A stretch of DNA of 64,000 nucleotides from a bacterium (GTDB lineage: Bacteria > UBA8248): positions 2,848,001 to 2,912,000 of the forward strand of contig OZ244799.1 of NCBI GenBank assembly GCA_965219955.1, given 5' to 3'. The notes under the pieces were generated by a model. That model was not told where the DNA came from. It searched no databases and saw only the letters and a list, made by a program, of their open reading frames with translations. This document shows positions 61,458-64,000 of this stretch, one piece after another. Position 1 is the first letter of the stretch. Every line of letters begins with the position of its first letter. Made by a program: the position numbers and the translations under genes.

Positions 61458-62623
61458 AAACCATCTACATGGACCACAACGCGACCACCCCGATGAGGCC
61501 CGAGGTTCTGGCCGCGATGCAGCCCTATCTCGGCGAGAAATTCGGAAACCCGAACAGCATCCACCGGTACGGCCGCGAAACCAGAATCGCGATCGAAAAC
61601 GCACGCGATCATGCGGCGGCCCTCATCGGCGCCGCGGAGAGCGATGAAATCTTCTTCACCTCAGGCGGTACGGAGAGCGACAACTGGGCGCTCCGGGGCG
61701 TCGTCTCCGCCGCTTCGGGAAAAAGCCACATCGTCACCACGGCGATCGAGCACGAGGCCGTACTCGCGACGTGCCAGACCCTGGAAGCGGAGGGGGCGAA
61801 AGTCACCTGCGTGAAGCCGAACCGCAAAGGGCGCGTCTCGGCAGAAGACGTGGCGGCGGCGCTTCGGCCGGATACGCGCATCGTCTCCGTCATGTGGGGC
61901 AACAACGAGGTCGGCACGGTTCAGCCGATCCATGAGATCGGCGCGATTTGCCGGGAGCGCGGCATCCTGTTCCACACCGACGCCGTGCAGGCGCTGGGCA
62001 AGGTGGAGGTCGACGTGGAGCGCGCCGGCGTGTCCCTGCTCTCCGCCACCGGACACAAGATCAACGCCGCCAAGGGCGCGGGGTTTTTGTACGTGAAAAA
62101 GGGAACCGAGCTCGACCCCTTCATGACCGGCGGCGGGCAGGAGCAGAAACTGCGCTCGGGCACGGAGAACGTGGCCGGTATCGTGGCGCTGGGAGAGGCC
62201 TGCCGCATCGCGAAAGAAGAAGGCCCGCAATCCGCAAAAAACGTCGCCGCCCTCAGGGACCGGCTCGAAAACGAAATCTGCGAGCACGTTCCCGATGTCC
62301 TGGTCAACGGCGATACGGCGCACAGGCTTCCCGGCACGTCGAACCTGGGCTTCATCGGCGCGGAAGGGGAAACGCTCCTGATTCGCCTCGATCTGGAGGG
62401 CATCGCCGTGAGCACGGGCGCGGCCTGCAGTTCGGGTTCCCCCGAGCCCAGCCACGTTCTGCTGGCGATGGACTTGCCCCAGGAAACCGTGCAGGGCTCG
62501 CTCAGGTTCAGCCTGGGCTACGGCAACTCGGATGCGGACATCGACAGGCTGCTCGAAGTGCTGCCCGAGGCCGTCAGCAAGGTGCGCGAGATGGCCCCCC
62601 GCCTCAAATCGACGAAGACATGA
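61454..62623 (+). CDS. iscS: Cysteine desulfurase (IscS/NifS type)
   Basis: [22 protein letters not shown]; ATG at 61454 overlaps the cysE stop. Confidence 0.92.
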   Translation: MKTIYMDHNATTPMRPEVLAAMQPYLGEKFGNPNSIHRYGRETRIAIENARDHAAALIGAAESDEIFFTSGGTESDNWALRGVVSAASGKSHIVTTAIEHEAVLATCQTLEAEGAKVTCVKPNRKGRVSAEDVAAALRPDTRIVSVMWGNNEVGTVQPIHEIGAICRERGILFHTDAVQALGKVEVDVERAGVSLLSATGHKINAAKGAGFLYVKKGTELDPFMTGGGQEQKLRSGTENVAGIVALGEACRIAKEEGPQSAKNVAALRDRLENEICEHVPDVLVNGDTAHRLPGTSNLGFIGAEGETLLIRLDLEGIAVSTGAACSSGSPEPSHVLLAMDLPQETVQGSLRFSLGYGNSDADIDRLLEVLPEAVSKVREMAPRLKSTKT

Positions 62624-62632
62624 GAAGAAACC

Positions 62633-63025
62633 TTGGCCCCGAGAGACGACTACCACTATAACGAGACGGTGCTCCGCCACATCGCGGACCCGCGCAACAT
62701 CGGCGTCATCGAAGACGCGGACGCCGAGGGGAGCGGAACGAACCCCGCCTGCGGCGATGAGGTGACGCTTTACCTCAAATTCGAAGGCGAGGCGGTATCG
62801 GACGCCAGGATCAGGATTCTCGGCTGCGGGGCGATCACCGCCGCCATGAGTTCCCTGACGGATCTCGTCCGCGGAAAGACCGCGGAGGAACTCGGACGAA
62901 TCACCGCCGAGGAGATCGCGCAAAGCGTCGGCGGCCTCCCCACCCACAAACGCCACTGCGCCACCCTCGCCCGGCGGGTGCTGCAAAACGCGCTCAAATC
63001 GAGAAACACATCTGACTCCCCATGA
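62633..63025 (+). CDS. iscU: Fe-S scaffold, IscU/NifU N-terminal domain
   Basis: NPACGD, GCG, KRHCA. Confidence 0.9.
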   Translation: MAPRDDYHYNETVLRHIADPRNIGVIEDADAEGSGTNPACGDEVTLYLKFEGEAVSDARIRILGCGAITAAMSSLTDLVRGKTAEELGRITAEEIAQSVGGLPTHKRHCATLARRVLQNALKSRNTSDSP

Positions 63026-63483
63026 AACCATCTCAACCGGTCAAAGTCCTGGAACTGGACGCCTTGAAGCTCTGGGCGATGCGCACGGACGAGCCCGCTG
63101 GCCCTGAAATCATCGGCCTCACACAGGCCCGCCTGCTCAGGATCTGCGGGAACCTTCCCAAAATCGGCCCCGCTTGCGGACTCGACTACGGGGAAAAGGG
63201 ATACGAAGCCTGCCGGCGAGCGATTACGGAACTGCCCGTACCCGAAGGGCTCCATGAGACGGACTTTCCGGGCGGATGGCATGCGATGGGGACGCACGTC
63301 GGTGGATACGAGGCGCTCAGGCTTACGTTGGGCGAGATGCTCGGCAAATGGCTGCCGCACAGCGGTTTCAAGAGAAGGGAAGGCCCGCTGGTGTACCGCT
63401 ACATCACCGACCCCCGCGAAACGACGGAGGCCGACACCAGAACCGAAATCTGCGTGCCCGTTCAGCCCGACCCGATTGAGTAG
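63022..63483 (+). CDS. GyrI-like small-molecule binding protein
   Basis: HVGGYEAL...WLPHSG...YITDP...TEICVPV. Confidence 0.82.
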   Translation: MKPSQPVKVLELDALKLWAMRTDEPAGPEIIGLTQARLLRICGNLPKIGPACGLDYGEKGYEACRRAITELPVPEGLHETDFPGGWHAMGTHVGGYEALRLTLGEMLGKWLPHSGFKRREGPLVYRYITDPRETTEADTRTEICVPVQPDPIE

Positions 63484-63485
63484 CC

Positions 63486-63672
63486 TCGGACAGGCACAGA
63501 GGCTTCGGACAGGCACAGAGGCCTGTCCCTACGAAAACCGCGTGTATCTCCGTAGGGGCGGCCCCATTTGTCCGACGCATTCAATCATTGCATATTCGGT
63601 GTGTAGGGGTCGCATATATGCGACCCTGCTTTTTCGCCTTCCGACCATGGGCCGCATATATGCGGCCCCTAC
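63486..63672. repeat. Cluster of GTAG-type REP palindromes with a short tandem duplication
   Basis: TCGGACAGGCACAGAGGC twice; GTAGGGGTCGCATATATGCGACCC...GGGCCGCATATATGCGGCCCCTAC. Confidence 0.7.
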
Positions 63673-63694
63673 ACCTATGCGCGGCAAGACGGGA

Positions 63695-64000
63695 TCACGC
63701 CCTGGAGATCCGGCACAGCAGGCTCTTGAGGTTCGTCTGGTCCGAGCACGGGTCGCGCTGCGCGATGTCCGTCAGGAAATTCACCGACCGCCAGGGATGG
63801 TAGGGCTGGCGCTCCCCCCAGCCGATGGGAACGTATACCGCGTCCTCCCTTATCCCTGCATTCACCCAGGCCATCGCCTCGATGGCGCCGTGCGCCGTCT
63901 CCACCCGGACTTTCTCGCCGTCCTCGATCCCCAGTTCTCGCGCTTTTTCGGGATGCATCTGGCAATAGAGGTCCGGCCACATCTCCTGCGCCTGCCAGAA
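63695..64000 (-). CDS. Molybdopterin oxidoreductase C-terminal domain (partial)
   Basis: MHPEKARELGIEDGEKVRVETAHG...GW...VNFLT. Confidence 0.85.
   Translation of the reverse strand, partial: FWQAQEMWPDLYCQMHPEKARELGIEDGEKVRVETAHGAIEAMAWVNAGIREDAVYVPIGWGERQPYHPWRSVNFLTDIAQRDPCSDQTNLKSLLCRISRA

Noticed and set aside
60710-62623. 637-aa N-terminally extended cysteine desulfurase
   Set aside because: The extension overlaps cysE in another frame; the real start is ATG 61454.
60750-63025. cysE-iscS-iscU without an Rrf2/IscR regulator as a novelty
   Set aside because: Minimal Fe-S operons are common and the regulator may be elsewhere.

Overview
High-GC bacterial chromosomal segment, read by eye without database searches. 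(1) About 1.2-10.1 kb is a phage-derived island between a CocE/NonD hydrolase and a LysR-gltBD locus. It has hicB-hicA plus a DUF1902 gene, Mu-like gp26 and gp27 genes, an intact GH24 endolysin with a 3-TM holin, an excisionase-type HTH gene and opposite-strand cargo, but no capsid, tail, large terminase, transposase or repressor. Two putative late promoters share one architecture, and one precedes a tandem array of homologous micro-ORFs. (2) 10-22 kb holds gltBD, metF, a peroxiredoxin, SOD, tRNA-Thr(CGT) and tRNA-Lys(TTT). (3) 22.5-35.3 kb is a catabolic cluster with an AhpD-like CxxU selenoprotein candidate (in-frame TGA plus SECIS-like hairpin), four MaoC hotdog genes, an ADP-forming acyl-CoA ligase, SDR, ADH, fumC, an LLM oxidoreductase and a SelA-like PLP enzyme with a probable ATC start. 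(4) A GIY-YIG nuclease is bracketed by CGTC-type palindromes that also occur as nuclease-free pairs, and four MITE-like shells share one terminal inverted repeat but carry different palindrome payloads. (5) The rest is acnA, a patch of hypothetical genes and core genes (rlmN, nth, tlyA, dxs, ispA, xseAB, folD, cysE-iscS-iscU). No CRISPR array or rRNA was seen.
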